From positions 1-64,000 of the forward strand of contig MEDY01000040.1 in NCBI GenBank assembly GCA_001724265.1: a DNA stretch of 64,000 nucleotides, in the 5' to 3' direction. Shown piece after piece: positions 1-12,900 of the stretch. This DNA is from Rhizaria sp. SCN 62-66 (taxonomy: Eukaryota). The notes under the pieces are model-generated. The model saw only the letters and a list, made by a program, of their open reading frames with translations. It ran no database searches and was not told the origin of the DNA. How positions within the stretch are numbered: position 1 is the first letter of the stretch; each line of letters starts with the position of its first letter. A program made the position numbers and the translations under genes.

Positions 1-313
1 CAGAAACACCACCTTTGGACACAGCGAGGGGAATACACACATGGCCGTCTTCGTCACCGTCTCACATGCTTTTTTATGTAAAATGTCGTGCGTCACAGAA
101 TTTTATGCAGAATGTCGGCGGTAACAACTATCGTCACTGCCACTCTAGTTGTCACTGGAGTCACTGTTGAGCGGCTGCGGCCGCCATTAGTGAGCTCGCA
201 ACCAATGGTAAGAGTGATGCAGGGGACGATTTAGAATGCCGGGAGCTCCAAAAAAGAATGCTTAGAACACACCGGTGACGATGCGGAGCGCGTTGAGCGT
301 TGTGGACGCGGGC

Positions 314-322
314 AAAAAAAAA
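314..322 (-). terminator. RNA polymerase III terminator (T9) downstream of tRNA-Leu
   Basis: Nine T on the minus strand, 4 nt after the discriminator base. Confidence 0.75.
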
Positions 323-326
323 GAAG

Positions 327-407
327 TGTGCTAGACGGGGATCGAACCCGCGCGTCCGGAGACACTACGGCCTTAACGTAGCACATTAACCACTTTGTTA
401 CCAGCAC
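327..407 (-). tRNA. tRNA-Leu, anticodon AAG (type II, long variable arm), intronless
   Basis: Reverse complement folds as a cloverleaf: acceptor stem GTGCTGG/CTAGCAC plus discriminator A, D-loop with GG, anticodon stem CTACG/CGTAG around loop TTAAGGC, long variable arm, T-loop GGTTCGATCC. No encoded CCA. Confidence 0.93.
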
Positions 408-1048
408 GAAATCCATTGAAGGGATGTCGTCTCGCGCCAAATCCATGCTACTAAGCCATAACAACTTGTTACAAGACTATTCAACACTATTGATACAGTA
501 AATTGAGACAATAGCGCACAATCATTGTCATTTTACTGAAAGATAGCAAAAAACTCACGTCGAACACACACACATGTGCAGTTATTGTTCTTGAGAAGAG
601 AAAGATGAGGCTTGTAATATTACGTCAGACTAGTAAAAATGTAACATTTACTTTTTAGTAGTAGTAGGGGCTCAAACGAGGCTTGAAAGACTACTAAAAG
701 TACAACTAGTCCTACTAGTAGTAATATGAATACATAAATGCAATGGCCTGAAAATCTCCAAGTTTACCACATTATTTGATACTAGCCATTTGTCACCAGC
801 ACTCGAAATGACAAGCCGCATCAAGACGTCGCGATTTGAGATTTCACGTGGCCCGATACTGTAACCACACAATCAAAAGCTTGTGATGAAGTAGAGTGTA
901 TTTATAATTCAATGATGCCTAGATATTAATATTGCTCATGTAGCTTGAATAAAAAATATGTCAAAAGTTCATTGTTCCTTCATAAGTAGCTGAGTATAGC
1001 CGCTTTTAGGCCGATTTGTAGACGTGACAAGAGCGTATATTTTGTTTT

Positions 1049-2554
1049 TCACGTGGAGTCATGCAGTGTGACATAGACCTTATCCGCAAGCACGCGCTTC
1101 ATCGTCTCAACCGGCTCCGTGTTGCGCAGCTGCGGGCGCTTCTGCACCGCACTCAACGCATCGCCGAGTGTCAACGTCTTGCGGTCTGCGCTGAGAGCGT
1201 GCGCGCCCACCACTGCGCGGCCGCCGGTCAACGCGCCCGTCGCGGGGGCAGCGGCCGCGGCGGTGGCGGCGGCCACGGCGGCAGCGGCCTCGCGCGCGCT
1301 CGCCGCGCCCGCAGCGGCCACAGCGGCGGTCTGCCGCAGGTATAAATCAACGGGGTCGGTCATTTGCACCGCACGCGCAGCCGCAGCGGCCTGCGCGGTG
1401 GCCGTCTGTGACGCGCCGTCGCCAGTCCCAGCGCCAGCGGCGCCGGAGGAAGACGAGATTTGCAGCAGCGCGGCGTTGTTGGTGGCTTCGTCGTCTGAGC
1501 GCTTGGCCTCGACTAACACGTTCTCGGCCGCGATCGTGGCGGCTTTGGCGGCCGCGTTCGCGAGCCGGAGCTCGGCCTCCGCGTTTTGCGTCACAGCCAC
1601 GGCGGCGGCAGGAACGGCCCAGACCGCCGCGCCGCGACGTTTGTCCGCCGCGGCGGCCGCGTCTGCCAGCAGCTCGGCGGCGAGCTGCGTCACCGCCTCG
1701 GTCATGAGCGTGACGGCGGCGCGGTCGTACAGCAAACCCAGCGCCTCTGCCGCGACGCGCATGCGGGCCTCAAGCACAGGGACGGACACAGGGGGCGCTC
1801 GGTGCGCCGCGGCAACGGGCCGCACGGTCGCGGTGCGGCCCAGCAGCACCTGGAGGTCCATGCCACCCATGCCGCCGCCGGCGAGGAGCGGCCGCGCGGT
1901 GTCGCTGCCGTCCAGCGCCGTTTCGGGGAGTATGAGCGAGACTGTCGACGCCGCGGGCGCGTTCGGCTGTGCGTTCACCGCCGTCTGCGCCGTGGTGTTG
2001 GGCACGGTCAGCGAGGTCGAGTAGGTGATGAACGGCGCCTTGACGTCGTCGACGAGGTCGGCGGACGGCAGCGCAGGGCTGGAGTTATCGAAAAGCGCAG
2101 CGAGCGCAGCCAACGCGTCATGGCCCTTGCGCGCGCGGTCGAACTCCTCCTGCGTGTATTGGGGCGTTGCGGCGGCGGCCTGCGCCTGAGCCTGGGCTTG
2201 AGCTTGCGCCAGAGCTTGGGCCTGCGCTTGGGCCTGCGCTTGGGCCTGCGCTTGGGCCTGCGCTTGGGCCTGCACTTGGGCAGCGGCGGCCTGTTGCTGG
2301 GCGAATTGCTGCTGTTGTTGCTGTTGCGGCTGTTGGTATTGGAGAGAATGCTGCTGGGTGTACTGTGGCTGCTGCGACTGCGGCGGGGACTGCTGCGTGT
2401 AGTACTGTTGCTGATGATGTTGCTGCTGCTGTGGGGCAGAGTAGTACTGCTGCGGCTGTTGCTGCTGTTGCTGTTGGAACATCTGCTGCTGACCAGCTTG
2501 CTGCTGCATCTTCTGCTGCTGCGACAGGAACTGCTGGTACTGGTTGGGGTCCAT
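1049..2554 (-). CDS. TAF4: TFIID subunit TAF4-like protein (about 501 aa): Gln-rich N-terminus, C-terminal histone-fold region
   Basis: Single exon from ATG 2554 (MDPNQYQQF) to TGA. Histone-fold-like helices LEARMRVAAEALGL...AVTLMTEAVTQLAAELLADA, then ATNNAALLQI and RKTLTLGDALSAVQK, resembling the TAF4 C-terminal motifs. Confidence 0.65.
   Translation of the reverse strand: MDPNQYQQFLSQQQKMQQQAGQQQMFQQQQQQQPQQYYSAPQQQQHHQQQYYTQQSPPQSQQPQYTQQHSLQYQQPQQQQQQQFAQQQAAAAQVQAQAQAQAQAQAQAQAQAQALAQAQAQAQAQAAAATPQYTQEEFDRARKGHDALAALAALFDNSSPALPSADLVDDVKAPFITYSTSLTVPNTTAQTAVNAQPNAPAASTVSLILPETALDGSDTARPLLAGGGMGGMDLQVLLGRTATVRPVAAAHRAPPVSVPVLEARMRVAAEALGLLYDRAAVTLMTEAVTQLAAELLADAAAAADKRRGAAVWAVPAAAVAVTQNAEAELRLANAAAKAATIAAENVLVEAKRSDDEATNNAALLQISSSSGAAGAGTGDGASQTATAQAAAAARAVQMTDPVDLYLRQTAAVAAAGAASAREAAAAVAAATAAAAAPATGALTGGRAVVGAHALSADRKTLTLGDALSAVQKRPQLRNTEPVETMKRVLADKVYVTLHDST
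2178..2282 (-). repeat. 12-bp tandem repeat encoding (AQ)n in the TAF4-like gene
   Basis: Repeated gcctgcgcttgg on the + strand; protein AQVQAQAQAQAQ... Confidence 0.85.
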
Positions 2555-3108
2555 CGCAAGTGGGGACAAGCTGGCTCGGTCAGAGAAGCCGGAGTGTTGC
2601 TGTCGCGCTGGCTAGAGTAGCTAAAAAGTCTGATGTCCACCGAGGCCTCGATAGAAAACTTTCCCGTGTTGGAAACGGGTGAAAAAGGTCTTTTAGAAAG
2701 AATTTAAAAACAGAAAGAAGAAAAAATTAAGTAAACACTACTGAAAGCGCACTAGAAGTTTAAATGACGATTGATACCTCTCTAGATCCCTTGTTTTCTT
2801 TTACCGCCCAGAGTAGATGAGAGTTGGATTTGCCAGGTCCGCAGTCAAGATTCTCACGAATCCTAATAGAAACAGCCTTTGAATGTAATGACGAGCGTCA
2901 ATGAAGATGAAATAATAATATATTATGTATGGCCAAAGTATCTTACTTAAAAGTGCCGATTCATCTGTTGGCCCCCCAAAGCCTGGTGTATAATCCCAAA
3001 ATTAGTGTGTCTCTGGGATGATTAACACTCTGGTAGGTAACTTAAACAATGCTTCATGTTCGCGTCTAGCGAAAGCTGCTTTCCCACAGTAACAACAGCA
3101 GCTAAACT

Positions 3109-5854
3109 TCATGACGTGACGTTCTCCTGCGCGGCCATAAGCTCCAGCGCGCCAACAGCCGCTGGTCGTTCCTTGCCTAAATCCGCAAGTACACCGATAA
3201 ACTCTTCCGGAGACAACATCTCGCTCGCGGCATACGCGATGCTCGTCACCGAGCCCGGGACGGCGCCGAGACCCAGCCCACCGCCGTGCCCCGCGCCCGC
3301 GCCTCCGTGGCCTGCGTTGGCCGCGGCGGCCAGCTCCTGCAGGTTGACATACTCCGCGCACGTGCCACCGCCAAGCATGAGCACGACGACGGAGCGGAAA
3401 GCACCGCGGACGCGCGTCTCGAGTGGGGCCTGGCCGTCAGGCAGAGTCGACCCCACGCGCGGGTCTAAGTACAGAAACGACCGCGCCGGGTCGCCGCTGC
3501 TGGCAGCACTGCCCGCGGCCCCGCCCGCGCCCGCGGAGTGACCGTGAGCGGAGGAAGTGGTGTTGTTGTGCATCAGAGACTGGACGATGCGGGTGACGGG
3601 AAGAAGCACGTTGTGAGCGTCCTGCATCGTTGCTGACAGAGCCTGCGCAGACTGGTCAATCACAGAGCGCGCAAAGTCGAGGAAACCCTTGCCAGCGGCG
3701 CCCGCGGGGCCAGCGGCGGCCGCGGCAGTGTCCTAAAGAAGACACAAAGCGAAAAAGCAAGAGGATTCGCCAGAAATATAAGAAAATAATATAATAGAGC
3801 AAGATTTCACACAAAACAGGTATATAACAATGACACATGTTATTATCGAAGAGATAAGTACATTATAGAGCATTGGTGCGTTTTTGTTGTAATTCGATTT
3901 TAGCACGTACCTGACGGTGTCCACGCATGGCGTGCAGAGTCATCTGCGTGCCCTTGACGGCCTTCGCATAGCGAATCGCAGACGAAACAAGCGCGCTAAG
4001 CTGTTTGCCAGCGCTAGCGCCACCGGCAGCAGTCCCGCCAGCGCCTGACTCAATATCAGCAGCTGCAGCAGGCTTACTCGAGCTGCTGCTCGAGCTGGAG
4101 CCGCCGCCCATAAGGGCAGAGGCGAAGTCATCGTCAGCGTTGCCGCTCGAGCTGGAGCTGGAGCCGGCGGCCTTGTTCGCAGCCGCGGCCTTGTTCGCAG
4201 CCGCACTGTTGTCTTGCCCACTGTTGGCGCCGGTTCCGGCAGTCGGAGCGCCAGAGCGCGCGTCCTCCTTGGCAGCCTGGCGCTCAATAGCAGAGAAAAG
4301 CTCGCCATAGTACGTCGTTTCGGGTGTCTCAGCGCTGAAATAGGCAACCAACACAGCGCGCAGACGGTCCAATACACTGCCCTTTTCTTGCCGGATCATC
4401 TGCCCAAGCGTCGGCTTGTCCGCTTTGTCGCCGACGCCGCCCGCTGCGGCCGTGGCAGCGAGCGTTTCCTCCTCAAACGAGTGGAATTCGTCCAGCGCAC
4501 GGGCGCGGATCTGCGCAACAAGTGCGAAACCCAAGTTTGTGTGGATGTCGAGTTGCTTCTTGCGGCGCGTCAGCTGCGGCAGCGACGCTATCGCGCCTGC
4601 AAGCTCCGCCGACGCCGCCGCCAGCCCACCGCCGCCGCCGCTGCCGGACTGCTGCTGTTGCTGCTGCTGCGTGCGGCGGAGCACGTCGTCAGCCTCAGCC
4701 TTGTAGCGGGAGAGCGCGGCATCCACGTTCTCGGCCACGGAGGAGATCTGTTCGCCGGCATTAGCGGCCCAAAAGGGGTCGCGGGTATCGATCTCCCACT
4801 GCTCCTCGCTGTCCGCCCCGTGCGCGCCGCCGCCGGTGCTAGACTGCGAGTGCTGAGATTGTGACTGCGCCTGTTGGGCGCGGAACGACGCGGGCACAGG
4901 AACGCGGTTCGCGTGGAGTCCCAGCAGGTCCGCGATGAGCGAGACGTACGTCCACGCGTGGTGCACCATCGCAGTCATGTCCGTCTGCCTGTCCAGCACC
5001 ACCAGCAACGGCCGCTGCCCCGCGCCCGCGCCGCCGGGGAGGCCCAGACCAGAGACGGCGGAGACGGCCGAGTCCGAGCCCGTGGGGACGATGTCCGGCA
5101 CTGCGCGGAGCTCGCGGGCCAGCTGCGTCGCGACGGCGCGCGCGGGCCCCTCGGCCGACGAGCAGCGGATCACGGGCAGTGCGCCGAGGGCGGCGACGAG
5201 CGACGCGGCGGAGGTGACGGCGCGGTGTAGGTACGCTTCGCGGGCGCGGTCTGACAGAGAAGGCGCATAGAGAGCTGCGTAGCTGTGTGGGTGGGCAAAG
5301 GAGAGCAGACGTGAGTCGAGAGTCGTGGTTTCGGCCCACTGGCTGACGACGCGCGAGATGCGCCCCACGGCGGCGGGCCCCGCAGCGGCGGCGCGCGCGG
5401 CGAGAGCACGCAAGAAGGGTTCCGGTAACGACGTGAAATGCAGCTGAACGTCGTCGTACACACGGTTGCTGAGGTCCTTGGCAATGCGGGTGAGGTTCTC
5501 GGCCGTAGGGCGGCAGAAGTAGACCGCGGGTACGTCGTGCACGGGTTCGCGCGGAGAGTGCAACATCAGATAGAGAGTCACACCGAGCTTTTTGAGCTCG
5601 CCAACCGTGAAAAGAGTCGCCAGTACGTCGCGACCGTACGAGTCGTACACAAGCACTTTCCAGGCAGTAGAGGAGTCCACGGCCGACGCGGCGGAGGCCG
5701 AGCCCAGGAGGTGGTCGTGAGTCGCAGCCGCGGCGGCGGAGGCTGAGGCGGAGGCCGGTGAGACGCCGCTGGAGCCGGCCCCGCCGTCGCCGCCGAAGTG
5801 GACTGAAGTGAGCATGCGCGCCAGCTGCTCGCGCTGCCGCTGCTGGATGTCCAT
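3109..5854 (-). CDS. SLY1: Sec1/Munc18-family protein SLY1/SCFD1 (about 855 aa, 2 exons)
   Basis: Exons 5854-3911 and 3732-3109 join in frame across a GTACGT...TTTAG intron. Motifs WKVLVYD, GVTLYLMLHSPREPVHDVPAVYFCRPTAENL, RPLLVVLDRQTDM..HHAWTY..LIADLL, DPFW, KKQLDIHTN, VLMLGGG..EYVNLQ. Confidence 0.92.
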
Positions 5855-6927
5855 CACGGGCGCAGCAGGCTGATAAAGGAAAACAAAAGAAGAGAGGCAG
5901 TGTGGGGGTAACGTTGCAATGAGAAAACAGTGAGACGGGAGCGCTGGAGGGCGGCGTAGAGGGGAAGATGATAGCTGACTCAGAGCAGGACCATCGCCCG
6001 CACGATCAGGAAGATATGCGGGGTTGAAAGTGTAACAGTAGATGTTCAATCATAAATTAGAATATAATCTAAAGCGGAAACATTCATATCAAAAGATCAG
6101 CCATGTTGGCGATCGTTTGAGCGAGATCTAGCGGAAAGAAGGACGAGTCGCGAGGGTGTGGTAGGAGTCGAAGGCTCGCTCGTCGGATTTTTCGACCCCC
6201 ACTTTGAAAAACGTTCAGTTCGAATTGAGACCTCGGCCTGTGAGCTGCTCCATCTGCCAACAGCTGCTTTGACTTTAATTGTATGAAAAAAACAACGTTA
6301 TTTGCGCTATCACAAAATTATATTTCCTCAAGTCACCGTTTATCCCTCCAACCTGATGGGCCAGGGTCTTCTTCACTGGGTCATCCAGTTCACTCTCCAT
6401 TCTCGTCTTATGCCTCCCCAGCGCTACATAAACGCACCCATTCGAGCTTGTGGCAGCTTTATTGAAGAGAAATCATTGTTTTATTCCCAATTCTTTCCCA
6501 TATTTCTCACTGCCGTGCTTGAACCGTCCCCATTGCACCCCCTCTAGCAGAGCAGAGCGCCCGACTGTCCCAGCCGAGCCACTCTCTCCCTTCCCACCCC
6601 GTCCGCGCCCCCAGGCCGCCCTCGCCTCCGCGCGCACTCCGTGATCTTGCACCCCAGATTCTCTTCTCCCGAGAACGCGCCCCCGCAGGACTTTTTCCTC
6701 GCCGCGTGGCGCCTCGCAGCCCCGCCGCCAGTATTCCCACCCGTTGGCTGGCTTGCTCCCCGGTGTGTCCGGTCTCCCGCCCGCCTCTCGCCACCGGCGC
6801 CCTCAGCTCTCTGTGCCGAGCGACTGTTGCTCTCCGGCGCCAACCCGGCTTTTCTTTCTCTGCTCACACCGCCTGTCTGAGTGCGTGAGCGTGTAAGAGC
6901 GTGCTTGTGTGTGTGAGAGTAGGTAGC

Positions 6928-9900
6928 ATGTCGTCGTCTTTAATATCATCAACCTCGTCGTCGGCGTCGCCGGTGCTGCTCGCAGGCCCGCGCTTGCCGC
7001 CGACAGCCTCCTCAACCGCGGCACGCAACGCGCCGCAGCCCACGACATCGTCGTCGTCGTCTAACGCCAGCGCGAGTGCGGCGCCGGCGTCGTTGCTTGC
7101 CGAGAGTCTCAGTCTTAGCCTCAGCACAACCTCGAGCGCTTCACCAGCGCCAGCACCGGTACCCGCCACAACAAACGCTGCTGCTGCTGTTGCTGCTGCT
7201 CCGAGTGCGAATGCTGCTGCTGGTGCGGGCGGCGGCGGTTTAACTTCCCCGCGCGTGCGCCGCGCCTCAGTCCGACAACCCGACACTAATACTACCGCCA
7301 CTTCTCACAGCAACGGGAGTGGGAACAGCAACGGGAGCGGCGGTGGCATAGCGAGCGCGTACACGACGCCTGCGCCTGCCCCCGTGACCGCGACAGGCGG
7401 CGCCAATACTGCAGCGGCCGGTGAATCACACCCGTCACCGCAGTCACAGTTCGCGACTCCGACCCCTCCGGGTATCCCCTCGCCGGCCTCGCTCTCCGTC
7501 TCTGCGATCTCTGCCGCACAGCAACAGCAAGGAGGCCAGCAGTTCGGCTCTGCGTCGTTCTCCCACCCCGGCAGCAGCGCAGGCAACAACGCTCTCGTCA
7601 AGGCCCACAGCGGCGCCGCAAACTCCAACCCTGGCACTGGCGCTCACAGCTCTGGCCCTGGCATCGCTGGCGCTGGCTCTGGTGGTGGGGGTTTGTTTGC
7701 GACGTTTTCGCCGACAGCACCGACAACGAGCAAAGTCAACGCTGGCACCATGCGCAATCATCCTGTGCACTCCGCTAATAGCTCTAGCTCAAGCTCTAGC
7801 TCTGCTGCTACTGGCGCTGGCGCCGGCTCTAATGCTCATGCGAACGCTCTTTCGCCGCAGCCGTCACCTCCGTCCCTCACGGCACAGCCGCAGTCCCAGT
7901 CCCAGTCGCAGGCGTCGCCGAATGCCAGCACTACCAGCGCTCACAGCGCGAACGCTCATGCTTCTGCAAATGCGAATTCTGCTGCCGGCGACCGGACCTC
8001 GTCAGGCCGACCGATGCGGCTCGTCCCGTCGCTCTCTTCCCCCACCCCCGCCCCCGGAGTCACCCCCGCCCCAGCGGCTACACCCGCCTCAGCGGCCACA
8101 CCCGCCTCCGGGGCCACTGGAGCTACGCTTGCGCCTGCGCCTGCGGCTGCAGCGCCGGCGCCGTCGGCTGCAACCTCCACAGCAGCAGCAGCCTCAGGCT
8201 CTTCAGTTCCAGCCTCTATTGCGACTGCGACGACGGGGTGGAAACGCTCTGGTGCAGCCCTTGGTCCCGGCTCTGGCCCTAGCGCTGGCTCTGGCTCTGG
8301 CTCTGGCGCTGCAGCCACGTTCGGGCTCTCGACTTCGTTCACAGCGCACGGCCTGGGCAGCGCTGCCGCCGCCGAGCTCGCCGCCGCCGCCGCCGCCGTC
8401 ACCGCAGCAAAAGTCACCGCCGCATCAGCCACCGCCGCATCAGCCACCGCAGCGGCAAACGCAGCGAAATCGCCCCCCTCGTCATCAACAACAACAACAG
8501 CAGCTGACGGCGGCGGCGGCGGCGCAGCTGCGAACAGTGCCAACCCTACCGCTGCCTCTGTGCAATCGGGGGGGTTGGTCGCCCCTCGGCCCACATCATC
8601 GCGCAAGGGCCTTATCCCCGGTGCTATTACAGCCGCCGGATCTAACGCGGGTTCCGCGGGCTCTGGAATGGGCATGGCTCAGTCACTGCCGGTCGGATCG
8701 TCGTCGGTCGCCGCGGCACGCGCCGCGCTGGGCGGCTTAGTTTCCGGCGGCGGAGGCGGCTTAACTTCGGCGGGAACGCCTGACAGTACGCACAGTGCCG
8801 GCGCTGTCACTGGCGGCAATGGTGCTGGCGCTGGTCATGTGTCGCTGTTGCCGCGGCCACCGTCTTCTGTGATCAACTCAGCGGCACACAGCGCACACTC
8901 TAATACCACAACAGCGAGCGCCAATACCAGTGTCAGTGCCAATAATGCGAGTGCGAGTACGGGTACGGGTAATGGCGGAAATGGACTGGCGGGCGCGGTG
9001 ACACGCGCTTACCGGGCACCCTCAGAGCCGACTTTGCCCTTACACCAACAGCAACAACAGCAGCAACAGGGGACAGCTTTGGCGGTGCAAGACTTGTCCC
9101 GCGCTGTCACACAGCCAAGCAACACTCTCTCTGGCTCTAATGCAACTGCTTCTTCTGGCTCTGGTGTTGGTGGGAGTAGTCATAACGCGGCTTCTAGTCC
9201 TGTCGATTCGCTGTCGCCGTCGCCCACGGTACTAAGTCAAGCCGCATCCGGAAGTCAGGCCGCGTCGGACAGCCCTGTCGCCAGCGGCCCTGACGGCTAC
9301 GCAGTGACCGTGAGCAGCTCTAGCAACAACACCAACAACAATAACAACAACAATGCTGAGCCAACAACTCCCCGTCGTCGCAACAACAACAATAACAACA
9401 ACAACGCCGGCGGCGCCGGTGGCCTTTTGCCCCCTTCAGCCTCAGTCTCCGCCGCCGCCCCTGTGACTCCGCAGAGCAACTCCACCGGTGGCCACAACCC
9501 CTTGGGCAGCGGCGGCAAACCGGGGGCCGGCGCCGCTGTACCGTCGACGCAGCCCCCGCTGGATAAGGCGGCGCGGGCGCGGCGGCGCGCACTGCTGCAG
9601 CAAAAGGAGCAGCAGCGCGAGCAGCAGCAGCAACGGGAGCGAGCGCACAGCGGCTACCGGAATCAATCGCTTGAGGCGGCCGCCGAAGTGTTTCTCTACG
9701 CGAATAACGGCAATAACGGCGGTAATAGCAGTGCGCATAACAGTATGGGGGATCTGGGGACGGACGGCGGTCACTCACAGCCGCAATATCCGTACCCTCA
9801 TCCTCAGCAACTGCAGCCGCAACAGCAGCAGCAGTATCAGCCTCAGGTTGTGAACAGTGGCAACGGGAACGGTAATAACGGCGCAAATCAAGGCAATCGC

Positions 9901-12900
9901 ACTCGGCCCGTTCGCGCCCTCTCTGGCTACAACGGTAACAATGCTAACAACGCCAATGCGGGCGCGAACGCTGGCACCAACAGCGGCAGCGACCAGCAGA
10001 GTGCCGTGGGCACCGTGACTCGCCCCTCTGGCTGGTCCGCCGGCCCCTCAGCCCGCGGCAACAACGGCAACAATAACAACAACAACAACAGTAATAACAC
10101 TGCGAACAACAGCAACAGCAACGGGCAGCCCCCTCGCGCCCCGCAGTACAACGGCCCCAGCAGCGGTTCTCAGTCACAGCAATCGGGTCCTTCACAGGGC
10201 CTGAGTCAAGGACAAGCACAAGGACAGGGACAGGGACAAGGGGGCACGTTTGCGAGTGCAATGGCGCTGGCCTCGGCCGCGCGCACCGTCCGCTCAATCC
10301 GGTCTGCAGATTTCTCGGGCCGCCCCCGCCCCGCTGCTGCCGCTAACAACAACAACAATAACAACAACAATAGCAATAACGTTGGTGCTAGCAGCGGAGC
10401 GTGGGATGAGAGCGCCACTGACAGCAGCGCTTTCAACGGCAACGGCAACGGCAACGGTAACGGTTATAACACCAACAATGGCGGCGGCAGTAACAATGGC
10501 GGTGTGTTCAAGCCGAGTCACGGCGCCGTCGGACTGGCGGCACGCGCACAGCGCATGCGCTCAGAGTCAAACGCCGAGACGAGTGCTGCGATCGCCACCG
10601 CGAATAACGTGCCGCTGCTGCCGCTGCCGCTGCGGGACAACTTCTCAGAGCCGTCGTCGTCCATCATCCCCACGAACGGCACTAATGTGAATCATAATAA
10701 CGCAAACAGCAATGCTAGCGTGCCAACCCCGTCAGCCTCTAATGCTAATGCCAATAACAACAATAACGGCGGTGGTAACGGCGGTTGCAGCAGCGTCAGT
10801 GGCTCCCCCAAGTCCCCCCGTCGTCGTTACGTTACAATCGCCAACAACGCCGCCAATGCAAACGCTAATTCTAACAATAACGCTGGAGCCCCCGCTGGCT
10901 CTCTGCTGGCCCCGCCGTTGCTGCCCGCGCTCGTCCGCCCCTCCGGCAGCGGCAACAGCAACGCTAACAATAACGGCAGCAACGCCAAGGGCGGTCTGTC
11001 CGACACGCTGGTGACCCCACTCAAATCGAACAACGGCGGCAGCAACGGCGCAGGGCTCCACTCCGCGCGCGGCCACAGCGGCCACAACAGCGCCTATAAC
11101 AACAATAATAACGCTGGTGGTGGCGGCAAGGGCAGTGCGGCAACGGCGCGGTCTGCGGCGCGGCGTGTCGGCTCCGGCGGTCCCCAGGGGCCCCATAATA
11201 ACGCGCCGGGAGCGCTGGCGCGCGGCATGAGTTCCCCGCCGGAACGCGTGGCCCATGAGTACGCGGCCGCACAAGCTAGCGCGCGGCTTATGGCGCAGCG
11301 CCACAGTGCGATTGAGCTCGGCAATGGGCCGATGCGCGGGAGCCCGTTTCATAACCAGCACAACCAGTTCGCTCCTCTCGCCAACTACCGTGACAACAAC
11401 AACAACCAATACGGTGGACAGCCCGGCGGGCAGCAGCAGCAGCAGGTGCAGGTGGGTGATCCTGACTGGGCACTGACACGGTCTGCGTCCTCTGTCGCCG
11501 CGCTCATCGCAGAGGCTGCGGGCGACAGCGCTGACTATAACAGCAACACGCCGACTCACCAGGCTGGCAACGCTGCTGGCGGTGGGAACGGCGGGCATAT
11601 GCGCCGTCCCAGCGGCGGCAACAGCAGTGCAGTCTACTCCGCTGCCGGTGTGAATGCGAACAACGCCAACGGCGGTGTGTACTACCCCTCCTCCCGCGGC
11701 GGCGGTGGCGGCCACGGCAGTGCGCGCGCCCGCCAGCCCTCGGCCCACGGGCACGGCGGCAATGCCGGGGCGTCGCGGGCCGGCGTCGGCAGCGCGCGCG
11801 GCCGCAACGCCGGCGCCAGCCGCGGGCTCACCAGCGGCGGCTCCAACGGCAGCAACAACAACAACGGTGGCGGGCGGCAGAGGCTGGGCTCAGTGCACGG
11901 CCCCTCTGGCGGCGCCGCTGCGGCGTCGTACGCTCCCGGCAGCAACAATAACAACAACAGCATGCTGAGCGGGGACGGCGCGGCTGTCTCGTGGGCGGAC
12001 CTCAACAATAACGGCGACGCCGCTAGTATGTTTGGAGGCGGGGGTGGGGGCGGCGACCAGCAGGACGAGTGGGACGGCTCAGTGTATCTCCGCGAGCGTG
12101 CGAGCCGTATCCGTGCGCGCGCGAACATGCAGCAGTACCAACAACAGGCCCAACAGCACCAGCAACAACAACAGCAGCAACAACATGGGCAGCATAACGG
12201 TGACACGCCGCTGGAAGAACTCTCATTGGACGAAATCCCTCTGGTCGCCGCGAGCTCTTTCTCAGGCGCGCTCTTGGCCAACAGAGCCCCGCCGGGCCAC
12301 CACAACTCCAACAGCAGCGGCGGCGGCAGTGTCAACGGTAGCGGCAACGGCAACGGTAGGTCTTCACCGCCGATCCCAGACGCGGTTATTCTCGAGTGCG
12401 GCAGTGCGGAGGAGCATAACCCGCTGCGCCGCGAGCAGATGGAGGACCGCATCGTCGTCAAACCGGGGCTTGGGGGCGGCCGCGCTGCTGCCGCCGCTGC
12501 CGCGCCTGGTCTCGCTGCCGCGTCCTCGGTCTCGGTCGCAGCCGTCGCTCGTAGCGGCGGCGGCGGCGGCGGCGGCGGTCAGTCTGCTGCTGGGGGCCCG
12601 CGGGGGTCCGTGATGGGGTCTCCGAACCGCCGCAAGGAGGCCAAGGAGAGCGAGGACAACAACAACAACAACAACGCCGTTGCTGGCGCTGGTGCGGGTG
12701 GTGTTCCTGGTCCCGGCGGTTCAGTGCCAGCGTGGCGGCGGCTGGGCGGGTATTTCGCAGTCTACGACGGCCACGGCGGCGTAAGTACCGCGGAATTCCT
12801 CTCGCACTCGCTCCATAAGGAGCTGCTTGCCCGTCTCGCGCGCGCCCCCACAGTCACCATCGCGCCTGACTCCGCCGCCAGCAACGCGGGTGCGAGTGTG

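Noticed and set aside
327-407. tRNA as an amber suppressor explaining the in-frame TAG
   Set aside because: The anticodon loop TTAAGGC gives AAG (Leu), not CTA.
883-993. Possible box C/D snoRNA (GTGATGA...CTGA)
   Set aside because: No convincing terminal stem or recognisable rRNA guide; the boxes are short and the DNA is AT-rich.
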